A DNA stretch of 63,637 nucleotides, filler included, from Octopus bimaculoides (GCF_001194135.2; 7 parts of 7 records of this genome joined end to end with filler, not necessarily neighbours in it); one strand, 5' to 3'; numbered from the whole stretch's first letter, positions 13,201 through 24,524 are shown. Notes: generated by a model not told the origin, from the sequence alone. Numbers and translations: made by a program.

Positions 13201-13212
13201 ATGATTATTATT

Positions 13213-13525
13213 AGTCATGATGTGTGGGAATGTTTTACATTCAGAATCAATGTCCTTGTTACTGGGTCACAACCAGTTTCCTTAGATATTGAGGAGCTTT
13301 TTTACAATCCTTGCTGTTCAAAAACTGCAGATTTCTGAATTAACGCAACTCTCATAGTTACACAATCTCAATAAGGCAACTACCGGGTCTGTTGGTGACG
13401 GCTCCAATGGTACCTATAACAAGTGGGACTACTTTTATAGAGACCCTCCACAGTCTTTGCATTTCCCAAGTCAAATCATATTTTCCTATTTCTTAGCCAC
13501 CTCTATGATGATGCACTCTTTTCTT
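13213..13525 (-). pseudogene. R4/Dong-like RLE LINE 3' fragment
   Basis: Minus translation YDLTWEMQRLWRVSIKVVPLVIGTIGAVT...IQKSAVF(G)TARIVKKLLNI*; typical RLE-LINE C-terminus; flanked by (ATT)n. Confidence 0.75.
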
Positions 13526-13552
13526 CTCTATATTATTATTATCATCATCATC

Positions 13553-13715
13553 AAGGCGACAACTGGCAGGGTTGTTAGCATGCCGGACAAAATGCTTAAC
13601 AGTATTTCGCCTGTCGCTACATTCTGAGTTCAAATTCAGCTGAGGTCAACTTTGCTTTTCATCCTTTCAGGGCCGATAAAGGATTAGAAAGGATTATTAT
13701 CATTATTATTATTGA
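13553..13715 (+). mobile_element. SINE family C with (TTA)n tail
   Basis: aaggcgacaactggcagg...ctgagttcaaattc...agaaaggattattat. Confidence 0.75.
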
Positions 13716-13716
13716 C

Positions 13717-13950
13717 GTCACACAGTATACAATATCATGAGGTTGTTGATTGTAGATATTGTGTTTACCGGTGGTTTGTACTGTCTGTCAAGTCACACTG
13801 ACCTTAGACAGACATTACTTTACGCAATATGTGTGCAGTTCCAAGTAATGCCGACTTTTGCAATACATCTAGATTGTAGGATATCTCTAAGGTTTGCAGA
13901 TACTTTTTTCAGATTGGGTGGTAATGAACCCAATACTCTGATGACAATTA
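13717..13950 (-). pseudogene. R4/Dong-like RLE LINE 3' fragment with 3' UTR
   Basis: Minus translation VIRVLGSLPPNLKK...LQKSALLGTAHILRKVMSV*; (ATT)n on both sides. Confidence 0.8.
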
Positions 13951-14129
13951 TTATTATTATTATTATTATAGTGCAAACCATTATGTCCCTTTGCCAGTAA
14001 ATCACTAAAACTAAATATGAAACAGCATAAGCAATTAAAATTTCAAAAGGTGGTGCCCAAAACCAGTAAATGGCCAAATAATAGACAGAAGACCACAAAA
14101 TACAGTAGAAGGAGAGAATCACCTATAAT

Positions 14130-14440
14130 TGGCACACTGTCAGTTATGATGAGGGTTCCAATTGATCTGATTGAAGGAACAAACCTGCACGTGAAATTAT
14201 TGTGCAAGTGGCTGAACACTCCACAGACACATGTACTCTTCACATACTTCTCAGGAAGATTCAGTATGACAAAGCTGGCCCTTTGAATTACAGGGACTAC
14301 TCATTTTTGCCAGCTGAGTGGACTGGAGCAACATGAAATAAAGTGTCTTGCTCAAGGACACAATGCACTATTGGGAATCAAGCTCATGGCCTCACAGTTA
14401 TGTGCTGCATACTCCTAACCACTTCGCTACACACCTTCAT
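14130..14440 (-). mobile_element. SINE family D
   Basis: Reverse complement of 6632-6927. Confidence 0.7.
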
Positions 14441-14597
14441 GAATCAACTATATCAACCCTAGTAGGTGACAGGTACTTATTTCATTGACACACCTGCTTC
14501 CAACCAAAAGGATGACTCAAAATCAACTCTGAAGGCATTTGAACATTGCCATAGAGAGACAAAGTTAAATAACAAAAGACATTTACATTATGCCCAC

Positions 14598-14672
14598 GGG
14601 AATATGGCGTAGGGGTTAAGAGTGCAGGCTACTAACCCCAAGATTCCGAGTTCGAATCCAAGCAGTGACCTA

Positions 14673-14704
<32 letters not shown>

Positions 14705-14875
14705 CATCGAAAAATACCTTAGGAATGAGAACCCAGGTTCAAAATTTCCCCAAGACACTTCATGAAGGCTGGAGGGTAAATCAACCGAAACGTGTCAACA
14801 ACAAACAAAATGAGGACAAATATCTGTCAAATGTAAATAATGTAAATAATTCCTCATCTCTTAAATATAGAACAG
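14598..14875 (+). mobile_element. SINE-like family E: tRNA-derived head + (AAT)n + hammerhead module (core decayed in this copy)
   Basis: A-box TGGCGTAGGGG (14605-14615), anticodon-like loop ctactaa, B-box GAGTTCGAATCC (14648-14659), (AAT)n 14672-14700, then body homologous to 41500-41690 and 42217-42372. Confidence 0.8.
14754..14796 (+). ncRNA. Decayed minimal type I hammerhead ribozyme
   Basis: gacac-ttcatga-a-ggctg...caacc-gaaac-gtgtc: core CUGAUGA mutated to UUCAUGA, GUU triplet absent, stem I gacac/gtgtc perfectly paired. Confidence 0.6.
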
Positions 14876-15162
14876 AAAAGGCATTTAGCCTACCTTTACT
14901 GACTCTGCTAGTTACTAATCATAATAATAATTGTTTCTAATTTAGGAACACAAGGACTGGAATTTGGGGCAAGGGTTAGCTAATTAAATTGACCACAGTA
15001 CTTGATGATAATAATAGCTTCTAAATTAAGTACAAGACCAACAATTTCAAAGGGAGCAGGTTTAGTTGATTATATCAACCATAGTTCTTGACCTTTTTCT
15101 TACCACCACCCCACTTCCAGAAGAATGAGAGGCAGAGATGATCTTGACAAAATATAATCTAA

Positions 15163-15582
15163 GGCGCAAGAGTGGCTGTGTGGTAAGACGATTGCTTCCC
15201 AACCACATGGTTCCAGATTCAGTCCCTCCCACTGTGTGACACCTTGAGCAAGTGTCTTCTATTATAGCCTCAAGCCGACCAAAGCCTTGTGAGTGGATTT
15301 GTTAGATGGAAACTAAAAGAAGCCTGTCGTGTGTGTGTGGGTGTGTTTATATATATATATATATATNNNNNNNNNNNNNNNGTATTTGTTTGTGTTCGTC
15401 GCCCCAACATCGCTTGACAACTGATGTTGGTATGTTTACATCCCCCTAACTTAGCAGTTTGGCAAAAGTGACCAATAGAATAAGCACTAAACCTACAAAG
15501 AATAAGTCCTGGGGTTGATTTCTTCAACTAAAGGCTGTGCTCCAGCATGGCTGCAGTCAAATGACTGAAACAAGTAAAAGAG
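15163..15582 (+). mobile_element. SINE family B, near full length
   Basis: ggcgcaagagtggctgtgtggtaag head through aaatgactgaaacaagtaaaag tail; internal (TG)/(TA)n with N gap. Confidence 0.85.
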
Positions 15583-15589
15583 TATAATA

Positions 15590-15800
15590 TTTCAGCACAA
15601 GGCCAGCAATTTGGAGTGGGGGGGGGGCTAAGTCAATTACATTGACACCTGTACTTAATTGGTGTTTCTTTTATCAACACTGAAAAGATGGAAGGTAAAA
15701 GTCAACCTCAGTAGAATTTGAACTCAGAATGTAAAAGATGGATGAAATACCATTAAGCATTTTGTCTACCATGCTAACAATTCTGCCAGCTTGTCACTTT
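15590..15800 (-). mobile_element. SINE family C
   Basis: gcacaaggcc...gtactt...atttgaactcagaa...attctgccagcttgtcac on the plus strand. Confidence 0.7.
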
Positions 15801-15989
15801 ACTCGAATACTAATAATGAAATTCAACACAACCATCTCTTTTCAGTTCCATCCTGACCACTCTCACTCTCTTTACTTTAATCTGAGTAACTGTGAAGCTC
15901 CCCTACAGCAAGAATCCCATTCTGTTCTATTCTGATCCCTTCTCTCTCACTTCAATCCCTCATCCGATAGCATAAAGTCACCCCTCTCT

Positions 15990-16235
15990 CTACTGTAGAC
16001 CCCACACAGATGAAGGGGATCTTAGTCTTGCAAGCTACATGGCAACATCACCAGTGCTGGTTCCGCAAGGAAAGAACCCAGTACACGCTATATAGTGGGT
16101 GGTGTTAGGAAGGACATTAAGTCATAGAAACTGTGCTGAAGCAGACATCAGAGCATGATGTAGTCTTTGGAAAAGTCAGATTCTGTCAAACCATCCAACC
16201 AATGCTGAAAACATGGATGTTAATAAATGATGAAG
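15990..16235 (+). mobile_element. SINE-like family A, degraded
   Basis: gttaggaaggacatt...agaaactgtgc core and ccatccaaccaatgctg...gatgaagat tail. Confidence 0.6.
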
Positions 16236-16392
16236 ATATACACACACACACACACACATATATATATACACGTACACACACATTTATGTGTGTGTGCACA
16301 CGCCCTGTGTATGTGTTTATATATATGTTCACATAGATATACACACGTACATACACAAACACACACACACGTGTGTGTGTATGTATATGTGC

Positions 16393-16431
<39 letters not shown>

Positions 16432-16547
16432 TGTGTGTGTGTGCATATAAAACACCCACGAGTATGCATGTATGTGTGTGTGCAAATATAAGAATATGTT
16501 TATTATTTTAAAGCATGTTTAAGAATAACAATGGAACATTTACTGAT

Positions 16548-16593
<46 letters not shown>

Positions 16594-17119
16594 CCTGCAT
16601 ATACATACATATATGAATAATATCTATATCACATACATAAGCATATTTGTACATAACAAAGCGTGGCGCAGTGGGGGGAGGGAGAGGTTTCCCCTCTCCC
16701 CACTCCCATCTAACCACCATGTACCGAGTGACTAAAATAATCCAAACTGTGTCAGTTTCTATGGCAACACTGAAGACAATGTCCCTGTGAATGGCAACAG
16801 ATTTGATAAAGTGCACAGCCAGATCTAAGTAGACTTGTGCAGATATCTAAACAGATAGAGAAGTGGCAGAGACGTATCAAATGTCAGAAGTAACAGCAGC
16901 AGCAGCAGTGGCGGTGGTGCTGGTGGTGGTAGTAGTAGTAGTAGTAAGTGTAGTGGTACCAAGTAGTCTATAAAATAGCTCGCAAACAGTTTCTCAAGTT
17001 ATACACATGCACTCACACACACACACACACACACCATCTCCTCCTCGCAAACATGTATATGTAAGAGTATATATGTGCTCACACACACACACATACATGT
17101 ATGTATGTATCTTTTATCT

Positions 17120-17420
17120 TTTACTTCTTTCAGCCATTAGACAGCGGCCATGCTGGGGCACCACCACCTTGAAGAATTCTTTCTTAGTCGAGTGAATCAA
17201 CCCCAGTATTTATTATTTTTTTTGAAGCGTGATACTTATTCTATCAGTTCCTTTTGCCAAGTCGCTAAGTTACAGGGACATAAACACACCAAGCAGTGGT
17301 GTGGGCATACACAAAGAGACACACACATACATATATACAACAGCAGCTTTCAATTTCCATCTACCAGGGCTATAGTAGAAGACATAGGCCCAAGGTGCCA
17401 CACAGTAGGATTGAACCTAG
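17120..17420 (-). mobile_element. SINE family B
   Basis: gcggccatgctggggcacc...gatacttattctatc...gctaagttacagggac...tatagtagaagac...ccaaggtgcc is the reverse complement of family B. Confidence 0.75.
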
Positions 17421-17484
17421 GATGATGATGATTTTATAAATAAATAAATAAATAAATAAATATATATATTTATATATATATATA

Positions 17485-17644
17485 GGCGTGGGAGTGGCTG
17501 TGTGGTAAGAAGCTTGCTTCCCAACCACATAGTTCTGGGTTCAGTCCCACTGCATGGTATCTTGGGCAAGTGTGTGCTACTATAATCTCAGGCTGACCAA
17601 AGCCTTGTGAGTGGATTTGGTAGATGGAAACTGAAAGAAGCCTG

Positions 17645-17722
<78 letters not shown>

Positions 17723-17932
17723 ACACACACACATATATATTTGTGTGTGTATGTGTTTGTCCCCATCCCCTCACCATTGCTTGACAACTGATGTTGGTGT
17801 GTTTACGTCCCTGTAATTTAGCAGTTCTGCAAGAGAGACCAATAGAATAAGTACTAGTCTTGGGGTCGATTTCTTGACTAAAGGCAGTGCTCCAGCATGG
17901 CCACAGCCAAATGACTAAAACAAGTAGAGAAT
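17485..17932 (+). mobile_element. SINE family B with long internal (TG)n
   Basis: Full head-core-tail; (TG)n about 17646-17720 directly after aagaagcctgt. Confidence 0.85.
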
Positions 17933-17944
17933 ACACAGGAGTGT

Positions 17945-18240
17945 TGTAACCTGGACATTATACTGCAAACATTTGAAAAGCTGGACCAGTTTTACTTGAG
18001 ATGCTTCCAGAGAGCCTGCATCATCTTATGGAAGGAGACGGTACATAATACAACTGCACCTGAGTAGAGCAAAATTGAAGGGGCCTGAAGTCTTCTCAAG
18101 AAGGGCTATACTTTGGTAGGGGGACATGCTGTTCAAATGGTGGACCAAATAGTAAAAGCTATCAACCAGAATACACAAGTGAGCCAATCTAAGAGGTCTA
18201 AGAATACCTTCAAATCCAACTTTAAAGCAGGTCTAGTCTC
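17945..18240 (+). pseudogene. RTE/BovB-clade LINE ORF C-terminal fragment
   Basis: TWTLYCKHLK/KLDQFYLRCFQRACIILWKETVHNT...GHAVQMVD...NTFKSNFKA matches the RTE post-RT pattern ETWT...LxxFHxRCLR.IL...W.GHV.RM...KDTLK. Confidence 0.8.
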
Positions 18241-18299
18241 GTGATGGTCTGCTCTTGGGCAGGTTCTGTGTATGTGAACCTTCTCCAACACTCTCTATA

Positions 18300-18407
18300 C
18301 AACCTGGGAGGGCCCATATCCTCCCTTCCTATCATTAAATAGATTAACTTCAGCTATCATGAATAAACATGAGATGAATACTGGAGTGGTTTCCCATTGC
18401 CTTCTCC
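18300..18407 (-). mobile_element. RTE/BovB-like 5' UTR remnant
   Basis: Minus strand ggagaaggcaatgggaaaccactccagtattc (18376-18407) closely matches the BovB/Bov-A 5' motif as I recall it. Confidence 0.55.
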
Positions 18408-19139
18408 AGGCACGTGGGATTTGAACTCAGAATATAGAGAGCTGGAAGATATACCATAAAGCATTTCTGTCAACATGCCAATGATTTTACCACCTGCAGA
18501 GTGATGTGAAATGAAGTGTTTTGCTCAAAAACACAATGTACTGTCCAGGAATTGAACTCACAATCTAACAATCATGAGTGCAACGCCCTATGCACCAGGC
18601 CACACACTTTCACCACAAAGCATGTAATATTCATTATAAGACTAGAAAAGGTCACCACAAACCCCATCAAAGTGCTCTGCTAGAATAAGGTGCTATGAAC
18701 ACGGCCACATTGATCCATGAGCATGATGTAGTTTGCTACCCCGAAAGACATGGCTGACCACTCACAGTTATGGCTATCCTGTCTGTCAGTGTTGATATCA
18801 CTCACAGTGGGCCCTTGTCAGTCATCACAGATACCACAACAACCAAGCAAATAAACTAGAAACATAAAAGGAACAGCTCATCTACTATTATATGTGCATG
18901 TGTATCTATGGATATATGTATATATGTACTTATATTTGCATGTGTGCCTATGTATCGTGTGTGTGCATGTCTGTGTCAGTGGTGTAACAAGTGTTCTCAG
19001 TGCCCAGGGTGTGGTGATATCAAAGTGCCTCCCCACTGCTTTAATCAGCAGAACAAATTTTGGAGTCACTGCACACCTGCAGGTGCAGGTGTGCAATGAA
19101 GACAAATGTCACTAAAGTTACCCTGTTACTTATTATGTT

Positions 19140-19178
<39 letters not shown>

Positions 19179-19188
19179 NNNNNNNNNN

Positions 19189-19232
<44 letters not shown>

Positions 19233-19304
19233 ACGCATCTATGAAGGTGTCTATATGTATAAGTGCACATGTATGAATGTGTCTATGAGTGTGTGTGTGT
19301 GTGT

Positions 19305-19830
19305 ATCATCGTCGTCGTTTAACAACCGCTTTCCATGCTGGCATAGGTTGGACGGTTTGACTGAGGGCTGGCGAACCAGAAGGCTGCACCTGGGTTCCAA
19401 TCCGATCTGGCAATGTTTCTACAGCTGGATGCCCTTCCTAATGCCAACCACTCCAAGTGTAGTGGGTGCTTTTTACATGCCACCAACACGGGGGCCAGTC
19501 AGGCAGTACTGTCATCAGCCACGTTTGAATGGTACTTTTTATGTGCCACCGGCACGGGAGCCAGTCAGGCGGCACTGGCAGCAACCACGCTCGAATGGTG
19601 CTTATTACATGCCACCAGCACAGGACCAGTCAGCCAGCACTGGCATTGACCACGCTCGAATGGTGCTCTTATGTGCCACTGGCATAGGAGCCAGTCAGGC
19701 GGCACTGGCAATGATCACGCTCGAATGGTACTTTTTATGTGCACTGTCAAGGGACCAGTCACGCAGCACTGGCATCGACCACACTTGAATGGTGCTTTTT
19801 ACATGCCAATCAGGCGGTACTGTCATATAT
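19305..19830 (-). mobile_element. SINE-like family A with ~65-bp tandem array (about 5 units)
   Basis: Tail and V-like core 19305-19470; gaatggt recurs at 19527, 19593, 19658, 19723, 19787 (period 64-66). Confidence 0.85.
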
Positions 19831-19849
19831 CTATATCGATATGTGTGTG

Positions 19850-20010
19850 TCATCATTATCATCATCATTTAACATCCGCTTTCCATGCTGGCATGGGTTG
19901 GACGGTTTGACAGGAGCTGGCTAGGCAGAAGACTGCACCAGGCTTCAGTGTCTGTTTTGGCATGGTTTTTATGGTTGGATGTCCTTCCTAACACCAACCA
20001 TCCCGCATGT
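19850..20010 (-). mobile_element. SINE-like family A, 3' fragment
   Basis: catcatcatttaacatccgctttccatgctggcatggg...ggatgtccttcctaacaccaacc. Confidence 0.75.
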
Positions 20011-20971
20011 GCTTGTATGTATGTGAATGTGCAATTATTGTTTAACACCAAGTTGAACCTGACCAAGCAGATCTGAAATGAAAGGCAATACAGCCACAAT
20101 CATTGTAAAACTGTTTTTGAAAACATAATATACCCATGTAATATGAAGAAGATCTGGCTGCTATTTCCAGCAAGTCAATGTAACAAAATAAGGCAAAGAA
20201 TGTGTGCTGTGTACGTTTTAACATGAGTATTGTATTTCCATGTTATTTTAACATTTTACCAACATTTTGAGAATGGTGGATTGTTCCATATCAAAGATCT
20301 TGTCTATGAACTATAGCTACATCATCAACAATAACAACAACAACACACAGATGTCTTCACAAAGTTTAGTGGATCATGAGTTAAAGAATCACAGAGCTGT
20401 CAGTAGGGTACAACAGTATTTTAAGAAACAATCTGGCCTTCAATGCAAGTTGAATAAACCACATTTGCACACACACACATTTCTATGTGTAGGCATAGGT
20501 TTGTGTGCACATGTCTATAGACGTGTGTGTGCATATACACACCATAGAGAGGTAAATACCAAGATGGGGTCTGGCATGGAATAACTCACTTCATGGACAG
20601 ACAGTTGAGAGCAGAAGTCTTGGCTGACAGGCTATCTCGAAGATGGAAAAACTCTTATAGCAAAAACATCATTTTTTTTTTATTAGCCATTGGACTGCAG
20701 CCACGCTGGAGCACCACCTTGAAAAGGTATTTAAGTCAAATTGATCCAGGTACTTAAGTCTGATACTTACTGTCAACTGCTAGGTTATGGGGCATAAACC
20801 TATACTAGTTGTCAAGTACTGAGAGACAAATTTACTTCCCAACTACATGATTCTGGGCTCAATCCCACTGTGTGGAACCTTGGGCAAATGTCTTCTACTA
20901 CACTCCCAAGCACACCAAAGCTTTGTGAACAGATTAGGTAGACAGAAAATGAAAGAAGCTTGTCATATATA

Positions 20972-21665
20972 CAAGCATTCCTTGGCTTAAGTCATTTCAA
21001 TTTAAGTCATTCTCAATTACATGTCAGTTTTCAAAAGTAATATATGAAAAAATAAAAATCAAGCTAAGTCATTTTACTCGACTTTACATGTCCGCCACAA
21101 ATATTAGAATCGTAAAAATCACTAGGAAACCATTAAAAGCACATAAAACCATGTTACTCTACAATAAATAAGAATAAAAGCATGCAGCCAATGGATCAGG
21201 AAATAATTGCTATCTTGAAGCGTTGCTATATGAAGCATAGGCTGCAGCAAGCAAATAGCTGCAACTGATCTTGATGAGTCCATCACACTTCATGACTTTT
21301 GGAAGAGATGCGATATTTACAAGGCTGTACAGAACACAGCAGCATCATGGAATGATGTACAGAGCACAGCTATGAATGGTGTATGGAAGAAGCTATGCCC
21401 GCAATTCATGAATTATTTTAAGGGGTTTCATAATGTTACCATCAACAAAACATTGATGACTATGAGCAAAGAACTGGAAATGGATTTGGAGGAGGAGGAT
21501 TTCGTAGATTTATTTGAAAAAGACAAGAAGACCCTAATGATTTGAGAGAGCTTCACGAGCAGCAAAATAAAGAAGGAGAGGACGTTGAACCTGAGCCACA
21601 TCACTTTACCATTAAGAAAATGCAGCAAGCATTTGCATATATCGAAAAAGATCTTGGCATTGAGA
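20972..21665 (+). mobile_element. pogo/Tigger-like DNA transposon, internally deleted, transposase pseudogene 21182-21660
   Basis: MQPMDQEIIAILKRCY.../IAATD...FWKRCDIYKAVQNTAASWNDVQSTAMNGVWKKLCPQF...MSKELEMDLEEEDFVDL; QPMD (third catalytic D) and GVWKKL are Tigger hallmarks; TA|CAAGCATTCC TIR-like start; frameshift near 21255. Confidence 0.85.
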
Positions 21666-21814
21666 CAGTTGTAAATGAGCATCACTGTCATATACGCTGT
21701 GTCACTCATCTCCAATATTCTGTGAGAGCATGTCTGGCTGTGGGGAAATATTTATCTTTGCTGTAAATAGGTGAGGGTTGCTCATAGAAAATCTGCATCA
21801 ACAAATTCCATCCA

Positions 21815-22350
21815 GGTGCAGCAGTGGTTGTGCGGTAAGAAGTTTGCTTTCCCAACCACATGGTTCTGGGTTCAGTCCCACTATGCAACACCATGGGAAA
21901 GCCTCTTCTACTATAGCCTTGGGTTGACCAAAGCATTGTGAGTGGATTTGGTAGACAGTAACTGAAAGAAGCCTACCGTATATATATNNNNNNNNNNNNN
22001 NNNNNNNNNNNNNNNNNNNNNNNNNNNNNNNNNNNNNNNNNNNNNNNNNNNNNNNNNNNNNNNNNNNNNNNNNNNNNNNNNNNNNNNNNNNNNNNNNNNN
22101 NNNNNNNNNNNNNNNNNNNNNNNNTATATATATATATATGTATGCATTTGTGTGTGTGTCTATCTCCCTACCATCATTTGACAACCGATGTTGATGTGTT
22201 TAGGTTTCTGTAACTTAGTGGTTCAGCAAAACTGACCAATAGAATAAGTACTAGGCTTACAAAGAATAAGTCCTGAGATCGATTTGTTCAGCTAAAGGTG
22301 GTGTTCCAGCATGGCCACAGTCAAAATGACTGAAACAAGTAAAAGAATAA
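21815..22350 (+). mobile_element. SINE family B, internal (TA)n gapped
   Basis: Head, core and tail as in other copies. Confidence 0.85.
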
Positions 22351-23074
22351 CAGAGAGGAAAAAACCCATGCAAAAACGGAAACGTGGACAGTAAAAAGAT
22401 GAAGATGATGACGATGATATATAGAAGTATTATCCTTAGTTGAATTTAGCTAAATACATCAGCAGAAGGGTTACATGTGGTATTCATCCAGATATAAAGT
22501 GGTGGGGGAAGAGGATATTATTTAGAAAAACACCAGATTTCTATCTATAAACCAACTTTCAGATTCACACACAACATAATTTTCTCATTTCTTCAATGAG
22601 GCATACAAAAGCACTGAAGGAAACCAGACCAGACATAGTAATCGGAGCTGCCAATGACATTTCTTAAACTTGCTCAGACACCTCCCTCAACTTTCTCCAC
22701 TTTAACTCTTTCCAAACCAACCCCCTCAAGTGCACCTCTGCTTCTACCAGATGTTAGAGATAGTTCTACTTTAATTAAAACCTTCCATCATCATTTTATG
22801 CTACTGATGTTGTTATTAAGCTCTAGGCAAGTCCTAAATGAATAGATCTGATGTGTTCCAGACATAACCATCCCATCAGTAATTTGAACCACATTGTCTA
22901 TTGGTTGCTATTTCTTGCGCACAGAGAATTCCTAGTTGTCTCATAACAATTTTATGACACAACCTCTTGTTTAAGGTATGTTCTAAACATTAGCTTAATT
23001 GTAACAAAGTTATGCCTTTTACAAATTATTTTCAAACATCATCGAAGCTCAAGTAATTGAAACAAAACAGACGG

Positions 23075-23319
23075 CCTTGTGCCTGTGTTAGAAATCATTA
23101 TTATTACTATTATTATTATTATCATTATTATTAAGGCAGCGAGCTGGCAGAATCATCAACATGCCGGGTGAAATGCTTAGTAGTATTTCGTCTGTCACTA
23201 CGTTCTGAGTTCAAATTCTGCTGAGGTAGATTTTGCCTTTTATCCTTTCAGGGTCGATAAATTAAGTACCAGTCAAGTACTGGGATCGATGTAATTTGAG
23301 GCCTTGCGCTTCCAGTAGA

Positions 23320-23350
<31 letters not shown>

Positions 23351-23625
23351 GTTAAGGCGGTGAGCTGGCAGACTCGTTAGCATGCCGGGCTAAATACTTA
23401 GCGGTATTTCATCTGGCGCTACATTCTGAGTTCAAATTCTGCTGAGGTCAACTTTGCTTTTCTATCTATAAACCAGTTTTGCCTTTCTATCCTTTTGGGG
23501 TCAATAAATTAAGTACCAGTGATTGACTGTCCCCCTCCCCACAAAATCCAGGCCTTGTGCCTATAGTAGAAAGGATTATTATTATTAAGGCAATGAGCTG
23601 GTAGTATTGTTAGCATGCTGAGTAG
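23075..23625 (+). mobile_element. Head-to-tail SINE family C array separated by (TTA)n
   Basis: Tail remnant 23075-23095, copies about 23133-23320, 23354-23575, partial 23587-23625. Confidence 0.85.
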
Positions 23626-23758
23626 TATTCTGCCTCTTTTAGGCATTTTTCATTGTTATTGACTTTTTACACAACACTTTAGGTAACCCCACTTTGTCCT
23701 TCGTGTTTTGTAATGTCCAATCTTATTTTTGTTGGCCCTTGTGGCTAATAAAGAAAGG

Positions 23759-23789
<31 letters not shown>

Positions 23790-23794
<5 letters not shown>

Positions 23795-24144
23795 TAGTTT
23801 TATTTTTATAACGTGCTTTCACTTCACTACCGAGCGCAGCTCTGTGCGCCTTGGGTATGTGCTGTGGTTTGCTGTGGTGCTCTTATGTTTACTGTATTGA
23901 AAGTGTTTTGCGTAGAATGTGTGCAGTACCCAGTAGTGCAATTTTCTGTATGTTATATATATTTGTAAGTCCTGGTGTTTTTGTTATGTATTTGTCTGAA
24001 TATTTTTTTATTATACCTAAGGCACCTACTATGATAGGAATTGTTTCTGTTTTTAGATTCCACATTCGAGTTATCTCTATTTCCAGGTCTTTGTATTTTG
24101 AAAGTTTTTCCATTTCTTTTAGAGAAACGTTGTCATCTGCTGGT
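23790..24144 (-). mobile_element. Young 5'-truncated R4/Dong-like RLE LINE (ORF end 23889-24113 plus 3' UTR)
   Basis: MEKLSKYKDLEIEITRMWNLKTETIPIIVGALGIIKK...IQKIALLGTAHILRKTLSIQ*; 3' UTR hairpin gcgca/tgcgc; embedded in (ATT)n. Confidence 0.9.
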
Positions 24145-24298
24145 TATTATTATCGTTATTATTATTATCATTATTATTATTATTATCGTTATTATTATTA
24201 TCGTTATTATTATCATTATTATTATTATTATCATTATTATTATCGTTATTATTATCATTATTATTATTATTATCGTTATTATTATTATCATTATTATC

Positions 24299-24398
24299 NN
24301 NNNNNNNNNNNNNNNNNNNNNNNNNNNNNNNNNNNNNNNNNNTTAATTAATTAANNNNNNNNNNNNNNNNNNNNNNNNNNNNNNNNNNNNNNNNNNNN
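24299..24398. other. Artificial scaffolding linker N44-TTAATTAATTAA-N44
   Basis: Exactly 100 bp; the same construct is at 50365-50464, 54700-54799, 56919-57018, 60993-61092, 62259-62358. Confidence 0.95.
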
Positions 24399-24444
<46 letters not shown>

Positions 24445-24524
24445 TTATACCAAAACAGCCATACCAACAATCCAACATATCTCCATCTTCAGCGGCCCCA
24501 CAGATATCATTATAGTTTCGACAT

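Noticed and set aside
14598-14670. Possible functional tRNA (loop ctactaa)
   Set aside because: No acceptor stem pairing, weak D-arm, and it runs directly into a repeat body; treated as a SINE head
19060-19788. 242-aa ORF with internal repeats; ~65-bp repeats superficially like a CRISPR array
   Set aside because: It starts in (TG)n and reads antisense through a SINE tandem array; units are homologous along their whole length with no unique spacers, and the DNA is eukaryotic
24343-24354. TTAATTAATTAA palindrome as a regulatory site
   Set aside because: Always centred in an exact 100-bp N block; synthetic linker
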